From: Verrucomicrobiia bacterium
GTDB taxonomy: Bacteria; Verrucomicrobiota; Verrucomicrobiia; Limisphaerales; UBA11358
Direction: 5' to 3'
NCBI GenBank assembly: GCA_041482195.1
Contig: JBGPDH010000001.1
Span: forward strand, 1-61,321
DNA length: 61,321 bases
Shown here piece by piece: positions 16,314 through 26,228 of this stretch. The notes beneath the pieces are model-generated. The model ran no database searches, was not told the origin of the DNA, and was given only the letters and a program-made list of their open reading frames with translations. Made by a program: the position numbers and the translations under genes. Numbering within the stretch: position 1 is the stretch's first letter; each line of letters starts with the position of its first letter.

Positions 16314-17552
16314 TTAAACCAACTCTGGTTGTTTGATCTCTTTCGGCGGCGTGGACAGCGGCGTGCCATCCTCGGCTTCGGGATATTCGAAAACTCTGCC
16401 CTCGTAATTGCGGATGAGCACGCGGCCCGCGTTGCGGCACAGAACGTATTCAGGATTGATGGGCACCTTCCCACCGCCACCGGGCGCATCAATCACGTAT
16501 TGCGGCACGGCGTAGCCGGTCGTATGACCGCGCAACTGCTCCATAATTTCCAGGCCCTGACTGACGCTGGCCCGCAGATGCGCTGAACCGGAAATCAAAT
16601 CGCACTGATACAGGTAATAGGGTTTTACGCGGCACATGAGCAGTTTCTGAACCAGCGCTTTCATCACCACCGCATCGTCGTTGACGTGCTTGAGCAATAC
16701 GGACTGGTTGCCGAGCGGAATGCCGGCATCGGCCAGGCGCCCGACCGCGTCACGCACTTCGGTAGTCAATTCGCGCGGATGATTCGAATGAATGCTCAGG
16801 AAGAGGGGATGAAATCGTTTCAGCATGGCGCACAGCGCGGGCGTGATGCGCTGAGGCAGAAATGTCGGAATGCGCGAACCAATCCGTAAAAATTCGACGT
16901 GCGGAATCGCCCGCAGTCGGCTCAAAAGTTGTTCCAGCTTGTCATCGCTTAACAACAGCGGATCGCCGCCGCTCAACAGGACGTCGCGGATTTCAGAATG
17001 TTGCGCGATATATTCGATCTGCCGGTCGAATTCATGGTGAAAATCATAGCCGCTGGCATTGCTGACCAGCCGTGAACGCGTGCAGTAACGGCAATACGCT
17101 GCACACCGGTCGGTGACCAGGAACAGCACCCGATCCGGATAACGGTGTACCAGGCCGGGCACTGGCGAGTGCGAATCCTCACCACAGGGATCACTCATTT
17201 CCCACGGAGCGGTGTGTGTTTCCTCGACCCGGGGAATCACCTGTCGCCGGATGGGGCAATGTTCGTCCGTCGGGTCGATCAGGTTGAAAAAATAGGGTGT
17301 GATGGCCAGTGCGAGTTTGTGGTTGGCCAGTTTGGCGCCGGCGAATTCCTCCGGCGTGAGTGTGGGCATCAGGCGCTGTAATTGCTCGGGCGTCGTGATG
17401 CGGTGTTTGAGCTGCCAGCGCCAGTCGTTCCAGTCGGCATCCGAAATGTCATGCCAGAAACCACGGCCGGCGGATTGAAATTCCTTTAAACCTTGGAGTC
17501 GGGGCTCTGACGGCGGTTCCTCGCCGTTCGCCGCTAACTTGTCATCCTTCAT
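16314..17552 (-). CDS. kamA: KamA-family radical SAM enzyme (lysine 2,3-aminomutase-like)
   Basis: FLVTDRCAAYCRYCTRSR (CxxxCxxC), SGGDPL, and 412 aa, which is typical of true lysine 2,3-aminomutases. Confidence 0.85.
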   Translation of the reverse strand: MKDDKLAANGEEPPSEPRLQGLKEFQSAGRGFWHDISDADWNDWRWQLKHRITTPEQLQRLMPTLTPEEFAGAKLANHKLALAITPYFFNLIDPTDEHCPIRRQVIPRVEETHTAPWEMSDPCGEDSHSPVPGLVHRYPDRVLFLVTDRCAAYCRYCTRSRLVSNASGYDFHHEFDRQIEYIAQHSEIRDVLLSGGDPLLLSDDKLEQLLSRLRAIPHVEFLRIGSRIPTFLPQRITPALCAMLKRFHPLFLSIHSNHPRELTTEVRDAVGRLADAGIPLGNQSVLLKHVNDDAVVMKALVQKLLMCRVKPYYLYQCDLISGSAHLRASVSQGLEIMEQLRGHTTGYAVPQYVIDAPGGGGKVPINPEYVLCRNAGRVLIRNYEGRVFEYPEAEDGTPLSTPPKEIKQPELV

Positions 17553-17634
17553 TTTCTTAGTAGCGAACTATAGATTTGAATTGGGCGGTGTCAAGTTACT
17601 CATTTTTCAACCGTTTTTGTTCAGGCTGAGGCAG

Positions 17635-19014
17635 TTACGGTCGCCAGTTGTCCGGCTTGATCGACGATTCGACGGCGCGTCTCTGTGCATCCAGTTCGTC
17701 CAGTTTTGCCAAGGTCTCGCGGACATTGGCCTTGGACGGCCCGGAAGACGCATGTTTGCTGAAAGGCGTTACCGGCGCAGTCCGGCGGCTTTGGCCGAGA
17801 TAGTCGGCCAGTGCGGCGCGATAACCGGCGGCCAAAGGAGCCAGAGGCCGGGCCATGCGGAGTTCCGCCAGCTCAAGGTCGCGCAATTTGGTCTGTAGAA
17901 TGGTGGCCTGCCGGGCAGAATCAAAATTGCGGATCACGGCTTGCCAGGAAACTTCCGCATGGACCGGCAGGGCATTGGAGGCCGCGCGAAAGCCCACCGC
18001 CACACTTAGAATCTCATCCAGCTTTTCCCGGCTGGCCGCCGGTGTCCAAATCGGGCCGGGATCGTGGGCCACAAAACTGATGACCTGTAATGCCCACCAT
18101 TTTTCCACGTCCAACGGTTGCGCAAAGTCGGCATGAAAAGCGTTTTGAAAGGCGGTTTGCCAATTAAAGTAATTGGGCGATGTCTGCAACATGGCGCGCA
18201 CATTTTTCCGGCCATCTTTCAATTTCAACAAATCATTTACGAACAATTGTGCACTAACTCGGTAAACACCGCCATCGGAGCCGCTCACCTGGTCCTCGGT
18301 CGGCCAGCTTAACTGATCAAAGGTGAGTACCGGATGGTCGCGCAATATGTTCCGTGCATCGGCGAGCGGATCGATCCCGCGTCCGGTCGCGACCATCCGG
18401 CTTTCCGCCAGGCCGTTCACCGTCCGATTGGGAGAGGAGAGAACAATGTCGACCGTGCCTGTCGCCAGCAGTTGTTGCGACAATCCGTCGGTAAGCCAGG
18501 CCGGGATCTCCGCCGGCCGCACACCGCCGCCGCGATCGGCGAACTCCAGCAGCACCACACCGGTCATGGCACGCAGGAAACGGGTGCGGGGCAGAGCGTC
18601 CGGCAGGTCAACCCGATAATTCCAGCCGTCGGCAAAATGCCGGGAAAGGACAGTAACATTGTCATCCAGGGACCGGGCCGGGCGCAGGGTGAGATAAATT
18701 CTTCCCTGCCAGGGTGTCGTCAAAGTGATACCGAGCTCGCGCCAGAGTTGATGTTTGATTCGCTCAGCGGACACTGCCAGCAAGGCCGGTTCAAGCCGGA
18801 CGACATCCGCGTTCGTAGCCACTGCGGGTGTCGCAGCCAAAGACCAATCGGCAGGACTGGATTGGTCACCCGTAACAATGAACTGGCCGGAGACACTGCG
18901 CGCTAAATTTGCGCCTGGTAATGAAGGCTGGGCGGACGTGTGCGCGCAGAAAACGCAGACCATGGCAACGGCGCAACCAAAGTCAGACAGGTGGCGCTCA
19001 GGGAACATGATCAC
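17635..19014 (-). CDS. Secreted hypothetical protein
   Basis: N-terminal hydrophobic signal ending AHTSAQ; no recognisable motif. The GTG start overlaps the upstream stop codon by 4 nt; an ATG lies two codons downstream of the GTG, at 19008. Confidence 0.6.
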   Translation of the reverse strand: MIMFPERHLSDFGCAVAMVCVFCAHTSAQPSLPGANLARSVSGQFIVTGDQSSPADWSLAATPAVATNADVVRLEPALLAVSAERIKHQLWRELGITLTTPWQGRIYLTLRPARSLDDNVTVLSRHFADGWNYRVDLPDALPRTRFLRAMTGVVLLEFADRGGGVRPAEIPAWLTDGLSQQLLATGTVDIVLSSPNRTVNGLAESRMVATGRGIDPLADARNILRDHPVLTFDQLSWPTEDQVSGSDGGVYRVSAQLFVNDLLKLKDGRKNVRAMLQTSPNYFNWQTAFQNAFHADFAQPLDVEKWWALQVISFVAHDPGPIWTPAASREKLDEILSVAVGFRAASNALPVHAEVSWQAVIRNFDSARQATILQTKLRDLELAELRMARPLAPLAAGYRAALADYLGQSRRTAPVTPFSKHASSGPSKANVRETLAKLDELDAQRRAVESSIKPDNWRP

Positions 19015-19334
19015 TCTTTAGCCGAAGACGGCTGCCCCGGTTTGCTTTCCGTTTTGGCAGTGGTTTTGGCTTTGCTGTCAGCCGCCGGTGCTGGTGTCGA
19101 TTCAGTCCGGGCTGATTTCTTATACCCTTCGCTGCGGTAGTCAGTGGTATAAAATCCACTGCCTTTAAACAAGAGCCCGGCTCCGGCGCTGATCTTGCGT
19201 TTGACCCGGCCCCGGCCCCATTTTTTTTGAGGGCAGAGGTTCTCGGGGCAAACCCGCAAAGGGCCGGCGGAGATGGACTGGAACGTCTCAAACTCGCATC
19301 CGCACTTCTGGCAGAAGTATTCGTAGGTGGGCAT
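19011..19334 (-). CDS. FmdB-family zinc-ribbon protein with extended Lys/Ala-rich tail
   Basis: MPTYEYFCQKCGCEFE ... VCPENLCPQ ... GSGFYTTDYR. Confidence 0.8.
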   Translation of the reverse strand: MPTYEYFCQKCGCEFETFQSISAGPLRVCPENLCPQKKWGRGRVKRKISAGAGLLFKGSGFYTTDYRSEGYKKSARTESTPAPAADSKAKTTAKTESKPGQPSSAKE

Positions 19335-19364
19335 GAACAGTCAGCAAACGCCCGGCGAGGCGCA

Positions 19365-20165
19365 TCAGGGTGACGACGTACCGGTCGCTGCCGGCACGTT
19401 GGTCGTTGTTGGGATAACCTGTACGGAACCGTCGGAATTGACCTCGACATTCAAATCGTAATGCGCCGGTCCAACCGCCCGGTTGGTTGTCGGCGCCCGC
19501 GCCATAAGCAACTGGGCACCTTTATGTTGCTGAGTCGGGTCAGTCCCTGCGCGCATCCATTCCAACCGGCGGGCGATGAGCAAATCATTCCGCAATTTCC
19601 GCGTCTGGGCGCGGACAGCGGACAGGTCATTGAATTTGCGCTCCAGTTCAGCCTTCTCCGCCACTTGACGTTTTAATTCGTTTTCCAGAAAGCCATTGTT
19701 CGTTTCAGATTCAACCAGTTTCATCTGGGTTGCGGTAATCTGCGCGGACAAGTTTTCGATGGTATTGGTCATGTTCACCACCTGCTGGTCCAGGACCTGA
19801 TTTTGGGACTCGAGGTCGGCGATTTGGTCCTGGGCGGTTTTGAGCGCAGTCGTGGTATTCGAGAGCGAAGCGGACGTCGCGACATACTGATTGCTGAGCA
19901 CGGTCAACGTCTGCTGGGCGGCCACCAGATCGTTGGTCAGTATCAAATTCACCTGACGCAACCCATCGAGATTGAGATTGGCGGACGCCAGCTGATTGGA
20001 AAAATCGGAGATGGCGTAAGCGTTTTGTTTCTGTTGGTTATCCGCATGTTCCTTTTCCGCCAGAAAGGCAATTACCACCCCCACACAAATCACCACCAGA
20101 ATAACCACTCCTGTCCGCGCTTTCATAACACTTCCCAAAATGGGACGACCGAACTTATTTGGCAA
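19365..20165 (-). CDS. Membrane-anchored coiled-coil protein
   Basis: One N-terminal TM segment (VVILVVICVGVVIAFL), then a long Q/N/L-rich heptad-like region. Confidence 0.6.
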   Translation of the reverse strand: MPNKFGRPILGSVMKARTGVVILVVICVGVVIAFLAEKEHADNQQKQNAYAISDFSNQLASANLNLDGLRQVNLILTNDLVAAQQTLTVLSNQYVATSASLSNTTTALKTAQDQIADLESQNQVLDQQVVNMTNTIENLSAQITATQMKLVESETNNGFLENELKRQVAEKAELERKFNDLSAVRAQTRKLRNDLLIARRLEWMRAGTDPTQQHKGAQLLMARAPTTNRAVGPAHYDLNVEVNSDGSVQVIPTTTNVPAATGTSSP

Positions 20166-20177
20166 GACAACATCCAG

Positions 20178-21308
20178 CTACTTCCCATCAGCGGCGGCCG
20201 GCGCTTTCATGCCTGTGTCAGACTGGCTTTCGAGTTGCAACGCCTTTAAATCGGGGTCAAGAATTTCCACTCCTGCGCCTTTTTTCAGGGTGGCCAGATA
20301 GGCCGGGGCCAGCTTGGCTGATTTTTGTTGAATGAGCGCCTGTTTTAAATCACTGGCCACGGTGGCATAATCCAGCTTTTTCGCCGGCGTCTTTGCCAGA
20401 ATTTTGATCAGGTGATAGCCGCTGGAGGTGGTCACCACATCGCTGATCTGATTCGTGTTCAACGAAAACGCTGCGGCTTCAAACTCCGGCAGTGTCTGGC
20501 CACGGGCAATCGTATAGACGCCACCTTTATTCTTCGAACCAATATCTTCCGAATACTGTTCCACCAGATTGCTGAAGTTCTCGCCCGCCCGGGCGCGCTT
20601 TAACATATCCTGCATTTCCTTCTTCTTGGCCGCCATTTCCGTGTCGGTTAACTGCGCTCCGGTGACCGGATCATGCGTGCTCAGGAAAATCTGGGCGATC
20701 CGTACCGTTTCAGGCTGCTCAAACTCCGCCGGATGATCGTCATAGAATTTCTTTGCCTCGTCATCGGTCACCGTCACTTTCAACTCGCGCACCAGCGTCG
20801 CCTGCGCGGTCCCTTCCTGTTCCAGACGCGTGCGCAGCTGGGACATGGACATGCCCAGGGCGGTAAACTGGCGGTTGAGCGCCTCCTGCGAGCCGGCCCG
20901 TTCCAACAGCGTCTTCATCTGCAAATCCGCTGTTTTTTTCCCGGCAGCCTTGTCGGCATCCGTGGCTATCTGCAGCAACAGCTGGACTTGAATGAGCCGA
21001 TCCAGCATTTCACCTTCGATCGTTTTCAACTGCGCGGGGGGAATGACTTGATTGCGCATGGCCGCGGCGGCCTTAATCCCGGTCATGGCCTCGTCCAAAT
21101 CGCTCTGCTTGACTTCAAAACCCTTGCCTTTGGCAATGACCGGATTGCCAAACAGCGCCGTCATCGTGGCGTTCAGATTCACGTTGGTGTTCTTGCCGGA
21201 GGGCGGAGGGTTGGCGGTTGAGCTGGCCGTGGCGGCCCGCGCGGACAGGAACGACATGATGAACACACCCAGCACAAGGGACAAAATCACTCTGGTTTTT
21301 ATTTTCAT
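20178..21308 (-). CDS. Periplasmic parvulin-type peptidyl-prolyl isomerase (SurA/PrsA-like)
   Basis: Signal peptide, a SurA-like chaperone region, and a rotamase domain GGVYTIARGQTLPEFEAAAFSL ... SGYHLIKIL. Confidence 0.85.
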   Translation of the reverse strand: MKIKTRVILSLVLGVFIMSFLSARAATASSTANPPPSGKNTNVNLNATMTALFGNPVIAKGKGFEVKQSDLDEAMTGIKAAAAMRNQVIPPAQLKTIEGEMLDRLIQVQLLLQIATDADKAAGKKTADLQMKTLLERAGSQEALNRQFTALGMSMSQLRTRLEQEGTAQATLVRELKVTVTDDEAKKFYDDHPAEFEQPETVRIAQIFLSTHDPVTGAQLTDTEMAAKKKEMQDMLKRARAGENFSNLVEQYSEDIGSKNKGGVYTIARGQTLPEFEAAAFSLNTNQISDVVTTSSGYHLIKILAKTPAKKLDYATVASDLKQALIQQKSAKLAPAYLATLKKGAGVEILDPDLKALQLESQSDTGMKAPAAADGK

Positions 21309-21334
21309 AATCTGCTTGTTCTTCCTAATAACGA

Positions 21335-22933
21335 CTATAACTGTACCACTTTCACGTTGCTGATGTCAGCGTCTTTCTGGAGCTCCTCCAGCATTGCTGC
21401 CGGCGGCGCGCTATCGAGATTAAATACGGTCAGCGCCAGCCCTCCCGCAGTGTCGCGAGTCAGGCTCATATTGGCAATGTTCACTTTGTGTTTGCCCAAC
21501 AAGGTGCCGAGATGGCCGACCATGCCCGGCCGGTCTTTGTTGTTGAGCAGCAATAAGGTACCGCTGGTCGGAATCTCCACTGGCGTGCTGTACAACCGTA
21601 CAATCCGGGGATTATTGGGAGAACCAAAAAAAGTGCCTCCGGCTGAGATCAGCTTCCGGCCATTGTTGAAAACCTGCACATGCAGCCACTCATTAAACGT
21701 GACCGGCTCGTCGGATTTCTTTTCCTCGACCGTGATGCCGACGCTGGCGGCGGCGGCACGGACATTGACGTTGTTGACGTCCTTGACCGCGCTGCCGGTT
21801 AGAAATCCCTGCAGGACCGCACGCGTCACCGGATCGATGTTCGGCAATTCCCGCGCGCGTCCGCCGTAGGTGACGTAAATCCGATCGGCGCCGGCGGGCG
21901 AAAGCTGGGCCAGCAATTTACCCAGGGCCGCGCCCAGAGGCAGGTAAGGCTTTACCTGCTCGTAGGTCTTGGCATCGAGATAGGGCAGGTTCACCGCGTT
22001 ACGCACTTCGCCGGTAAGCAGGTAAGCGGTGATGACTTCGGCGACTTCGATGCCGCATTTCTCCTGCGCTTCCTGCGTACTCGCCCCGAGGTGCGGCGTT
22101 AAAATGATGTTCGGCTGTTTGCGATACGGATGCTCGGCGGGCAATGGTTCGACTGCAAACACATCTAGCGCGGCCCCGGCGACCTTGCCGGATTCGAGCG
22201 CCGCCACCAGGTCGGTTTCCGAAATAATTTCGCCGCGCGCACAATTGACGATCCGCACGCCGGGTTTCATTTTGGCGAAGGCGGCGGCATTGAGCATCCC
22301 CTTGGTTTCCGGCGTGACCGGCATGTGCACCGAGATGAAATCCGCGACGCGATAAATATCGTCCACTTCCGCGGCAAATTCAGCGCCGATGGCTTTGGCG
22401 CGGTCCTCGGTCAGGTACGGATCGTAAGCGATGACGCGCATCTCAAAGGCCCTGGCACGTTTGGCCACTTCCGAACCGATGCGGCCCATGCCCAGAATGC
22501 CGAGGGTTTTGTCGAGGAGTTCGATGCCTTGAAACAGTTTGCGATCCCATTTGCCGGCGGCCATGGACGAGTGGGCCTGCGGCACTTTGCGCGCCAGCGC
22601 CAGCAACATGGCAAAACTCAGCTCTGCCGTGGTTACGGTGTTGCCACCGGGCGTATTCATCACCACGACACCACGTTGCGTCGCCGCCGCCACGTCCACA
22701 TTGTCCACGCCAACGCCCGCGCGACCGACGGCGCGTAATTTCGGAGCGGCTTCAATCACCTTGCGGGTGACCTTGGTCTCGGAACGCACCAGCAGCGCGG
22801 TGGCATCCGCCACCACCGGCAGTAATTCCGCTTCAGGCAGGCGTTTGGGCAGAACAACCACTTCAAATTCAGGCCGCTGCTGGAGTAGCGCTATGCCTTT
22901 GGGTGAAATCGGGTCGCAAACGACAATTTTCAT
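21335..22933 (-). CDS. serA: D-3-phosphoglycerate dehydrogenase, long form with ACT domain
   Basis: GILGMGRIGSEVA NAD-binding motif, a 2-hydroxyacid dehydrogenase core, and a C-terminal ACT-like region (LLLLNNKDRPGMVGHLGTLLG). Confidence 0.93.
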   Translation of the reverse strand: MKIVVCDPISPKGIALLQQRPEFEVVVLPKRLPEAELLPVVADATALLVRSETKVTRKVIEAAPKLRAVGRAGVGVDNVDVAAATQRGVVVMNTPGGNTVTTAELSFAMLLALARKVPQAHSSMAAGKWDRKLFQGIELLDKTLGILGMGRIGSEVAKRARAFEMRVIAYDPYLTEDRAKAIGAEFAAEVDDIYRVADFISVHMPVTPETKGMLNAAAFAKMKPGVRIVNCARGEIISETDLVAALESGKVAGAALDVFAVEPLPAEHPYRKQPNIILTPHLGASTQEAQEKCGIEVAEVITAYLLTGEVRNAVNLPYLDAKTYEQVKPYLPLGAALGKLLAQLSPAGADRIYVTYGGRARELPNIDPVTRAVLQGFLTGSAVKDVNNVNVRAAAASVGITVEEKKSDEPVTFNEWLHVQVFNNGRKLISAGGTFFGSPNNPRIVRLYSTPVEIPTSGTLLLLNNKDRPGMVGHLGTLLGKHKVNIANMSLTRDTAGGLALTVFNLDSAPPAAMLEELQKDADISNVKVVQL

Positions 22934-23057
22934 TTCAAAAAGGACGGTTAGTCTAGTTTATCCCCGGAGCGAGGTCAAACAATGAAATCAGGTGAGCACC
23001 CCAGGCAAGATACGCTCGACCTTAAATCAAAGATTATGCTATATCTGCGGCTGGCTT

Positions 23058-24695
23058 ATGAAGTCTTTGACCAGAACATGCTCGGGAGCGGTTTTGGGAG
23101 CACTCCTGGTGAGTGGAATTTTGTGTCCGCCTCCCACGCGTGGCGCCGGGGTGACCATCATCACCCACGGGTATAACAGCGACGTAAACGGCTGGGTCAC
23201 GGGCCTGGCTGACGCCATTCCGAATTACCGCTCCTTTCCGGGCACGAATTTCACCACCTATACAATGACCGTCACTTCCAACAATGGTTTTAACTTCGCC
23301 ATCACGCGGACCAACGGCAGTCCCCCTTCGGTGACCGATTCAGGTGAGATTATTGTCAAACTGGACTGGAGCCAGATGGCCGGCGGCTCTGCACCTTACA
23401 ATTTCAGCACCTTCAACGTGGCTTGGGCGGTAAGCCAGGTGCTCATGCTCACCAATGCCATTTCCGAACTCAATGGACATTCGCTGGTAGAATTTCCCAT
23501 TCACCTGATCGGCCACAGCCGGGGCGGTTCCTTGATGAACCAACTGAGCCTCCTCCTCGGAACCAACGGTATCTGGGTGGATCACCTCACCACCCTGGAT
23601 CCGCATCCGCTCAACAAGGATGGTTTTAATGACGCCATAATCACCGGCGTGGTGGATGCGTCCGCCAGCAATACCTGGGTGAATGTATTGTTTGCCGATA
23701 ATTATTGGGAAGATTTGGGGAGCACCAGTTTTCCTACTTCTGAGCTTGATCCCAATGGTGAACCGGTGGCCGGCGCCTATCGGCGACAACTAACGCAATT
23801 AAGCGGCGGTTATCCTCCTGTTTTTTTGTCTGGCGATCCCTACGAGTATCATTCCAACGTGCATCTTTGGTATCACGGCACGATTAATACCAACACGCCA
23901 GTGAGTGATACCGAAGCGTCCATCACCAGTTCGGAACGGACGACCTGGTATGTCCCTTACGAATCCCAGGGTGTCATTGCGGGATTTGATTACAGTCTGA
24001 TTGGCGGCGGGGACCGCACCAGCCTGGCCCGTCCGCTCGGACTCCCCAGTGATCCGGCGATTCGCGACGGTTACAACCAGTTGTGGGACCTGGGCGCAGG
24101 GACGAACGTGAATCGGACCACACTTTCAGTCAACAATGGGACGTGGCCAAATCTCATCACATTTGATGTCACGGGGACCAACACCGTCGTGGCCGGCAAT
24201 TTAATCAACACGACGTTTTATTACCAATATGCCGGAATCTCCAATGTGACCGTCTCGATCTATTACGACCAGGATTTCAATCCGTATAACACGAACAGCA
24301 CACTCGCTCTCCAGGGGCAGGTGACGAACACCGGACCAGGTTCAGTTTATTATTACTCGAATCTGGGTTTGACCACCACCAACGTGCCGCCGGGCGTTTA
24401 TGCGATTTACGGGAAAATCTCGGACGGCTCGCACACCCGATACCTGTACGCGCCACAATTGGTTGACATTATTTCCAGCCAGCAACCGCCGGTTTTGGAC
24501 ATTGTGCAATTAAACGCCACCCAATTTCGCATCGGCGTAAACGGCATTACCGGCCAAACCGTCGCGCTCCAGGCCTCCGCTGACCTGCACAACTGGCTGC
24601 CCGTTATAACGAACGTTCTGACTTCCAGCCGTTGGACTTACACCAATAGCCTGCCGGCCGGCCAGATGTTTTATCGCGCGGTACTCAATCCATAA
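23058..24695 (+). CDS. Secreted alpha/beta-hydrolase-like protein (lipase/esterase-type nucleophile elbow)
   Basis: Signal peptide, GxSxG elbow [11 protein letters not shown], and a C-terminal W...FYRA module. The start is taken at the ATG giving MKSLTR; the ORF opens at a GTG at 22992. Confidence 0.65.
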   Translation: MKSLTRTCSGAVLGALLVSGILCPPPTRGAGVTIITHGYNSDVNGWVTGLADAIPNYRSFPGTNFTTYTMTVTSNNGFNFAITRTNGSPPSVTDSGEIIVKLDWSQMAGGSAPYNFSTFNVAWAVSQVLMLTNAISELNGHSLVEFPIHLIGHSRGGSLMNQLSLLLGTNGIWVDHLTTLDPHPLNKDGFNDAIITGVVDASASNTWVNVLFADNYWEDLGSTSFPTSELDPNGEPVAGAYRRQLTQLSGGYPPVFLSGDPYEYHSNVHLWYHGTINTNTPVSDTEASITSSERTTWYVPYESQGVIAGFDYSLIGGGDRTSLARPLGLPSDPAIRDGYNQLWDLGAGTNVNRTTLSVNNGTWPNLITFDVTGTNTVVAGNLINTTFYYQYAGISNVTVSIYYDQDFNPYNTNSTLALQGQVTNTGPGSVYYYSNLGLTTTNVPPGVYAIYGKISDGSHTRYLYAPQLVDIISSQQPPVLDIVQLNATQFRIGVNGITGQTVALQASADLHNWLPVITNVLTSSRWTYTNSLPAGQMFYRAVLNP

Positions 24696-24757
24696 ACTCA
24701 TCCGCCCGCAAAATTGGCTGTTCGTCCGTTCCAAATCGAGTATGTTGCACGGCGAAA

Positions 24758-26203
24758 ATGAGCAGGTTGTTGCTGATTGATGACGAGGAGGACGTGCGGT
24801 ATTCGTTCCAGCGAATCTTTGATTCGCCGGAAGTTGAACTGGCCGCTGCGTCCAGCGGCGAGGAAGGTTTAAAAACCATTCCCAAATTCAAACCCGACCT
24901 CGTGCTCATGGACGTGCGCATGGGTGGCATGAATGGGCTCGAAACCCTTCGCCGTATCCGGGAGAGCAACCCGAAGCTGTTGGTCATCCTGATGACTGCC
25001 TACGGTACGACCCAGACCGCCATCGAAGCGATGAAGCTCGGTGCCTACGATTACCTGCTAAAACCGTTTGATGTGCCGAAGCTCAAGGAGATTGTCGCCA
25101 ACGCCCTCAAGGCCGCGCGCGACATGAAGCAGGTGGTCTCCTACGAACCGTTGTTGCAATCCGAGGATTATGAACTCGGCATCGTGGGGCGCAGCGAGGC
25201 GATGCAGCAGGTCTTTAAACTTATCGGCCAGGTCGCCGCGACCGACGCTACCGCACTGATCACCGGCGAGAGCGGCACCGGCAAGGAACTGGTCGCGCGA
25301 GCCATTTATCATCACAGCGACCGGAGCCAGCAGTCGTTCCTCGCCGTCAATTGCGCGGCGATCCCGGAGCAACTGCTTGAAAGCGAACTGTTCGGCCACG
25401 AACGCGGCGCCTTTACCGGCGCCACCCTGCAGCGCATCGGCAAATTCGAGCAATGCAACAAAGGCACGATTTTCCTCGATGAAATTGGCGACATGACACC
25501 GGCCACCCAAACGAAAATCCTGCGCGTGCTGCAATCCGGCACGTTCGAGCGCGTGGGCGGCAACCAGCCGATTCAGGTGGATGTGCGCGTCATCGCCGCG
25601 ACGAACAAGCCGCTGGAAGCCGCCGTCGCGGCAAAACAATTCCGCGAGGACCTTTTTTATCGGCTGAACGTCGTGCGCATCCACATTGCACCGCTGCGGG
25701 ACCGCCGCGAGGACATTCCGTTGCTGGTGAACTATTTTCTGGAGAAAATTGCGCGGGAACAGCAGCGCCGGCCGAAATCCGTCGCCACCAGCGTCATCCG
25801 GACGCTCGAAAAATATCATTGGCCGGGCAATGTCCGCGAGCTGGAGAACGTCATCCGCCGCGCTTATGTCATGGCCAAAGGCGATGCCATTCTCCAAAGC
25901 GACCTGCCGCCGGAGGTTTCCGGCCTGAGTTCCAGCGGTGCTCCCCTGCCACCGGCCCTGGGAGTGGCCAGCGACGATGCCGTGACCGACGCCGCCGCCA
26001 TGGCACGGCAACTGTTCCAGTGGGCCAAGCGCGATCCGAAATTAAAGGTCATTCCCGCCGTGGAACGCGAACTCGTCATCCAAGCGCTCAAGGAAACGAA
26101 CAACAATCAGGTGCACGCCGCCAAGCTGCTCGGCATTACCCGCGCGACGCTTCGTAAGCGCATCGAAAAATTCGGGATCCAACGCGAGTTGAATGTGAAG
26201 TAA
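24758..26203 (+). CDS. Sigma-54-dependent response regulator (NtrC family: REC, AAA+, Fis-type HTH)
   Basis: REC with LVLMDVRM phospho-acceptor context, Walker A GESGTGKE, GAFTGA loop, and HTH AAKLLGITRATLRKRIEKFG. Confidence 0.93.
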   Translation: MSRLLLIDDEEDVRYSFQRIFDSPEVELAAASSGEEGLKTIPKFKPDLVLMDVRMGGMNGLETLRRIRESNPKLLVILMTAYGTTQTAIEAMKLGAYDYLLKPFDVPKLKEIVANALKAARDMKQVVSYEPLLQSEDYELGIVGRSEAMQQVFKLIGQVAATDATALITGESGTGKELVARAIYHHSDRSQQSFLAVNCAAIPEQLLESELFGHERGAFTGATLQRIGKFEQCNKGTIFLDEIGDMTPATQTKILRVLQSGTFERVGGNQPIQVDVRVIAATNKPLEAAVAAKQFREDLFYRLNVVRIHIAPLRDRREDIPLLVNYFLEKIAREQQRRPKSVATSVIRTLEKYHWPGNVRELENVIRRAYVMAKGDAILQSDLPPEVSGLSSSGAPLPPALGVASDDAVTDAAAMARQLFQWAKRDPKLKVIPAVERELVIQALKETNNNQVHAAKLLGITRATLRKRIEKFGIQRELNVK

Positions 26204-26228
26204 TCACACCGATGGCGATTGTCAGCCG

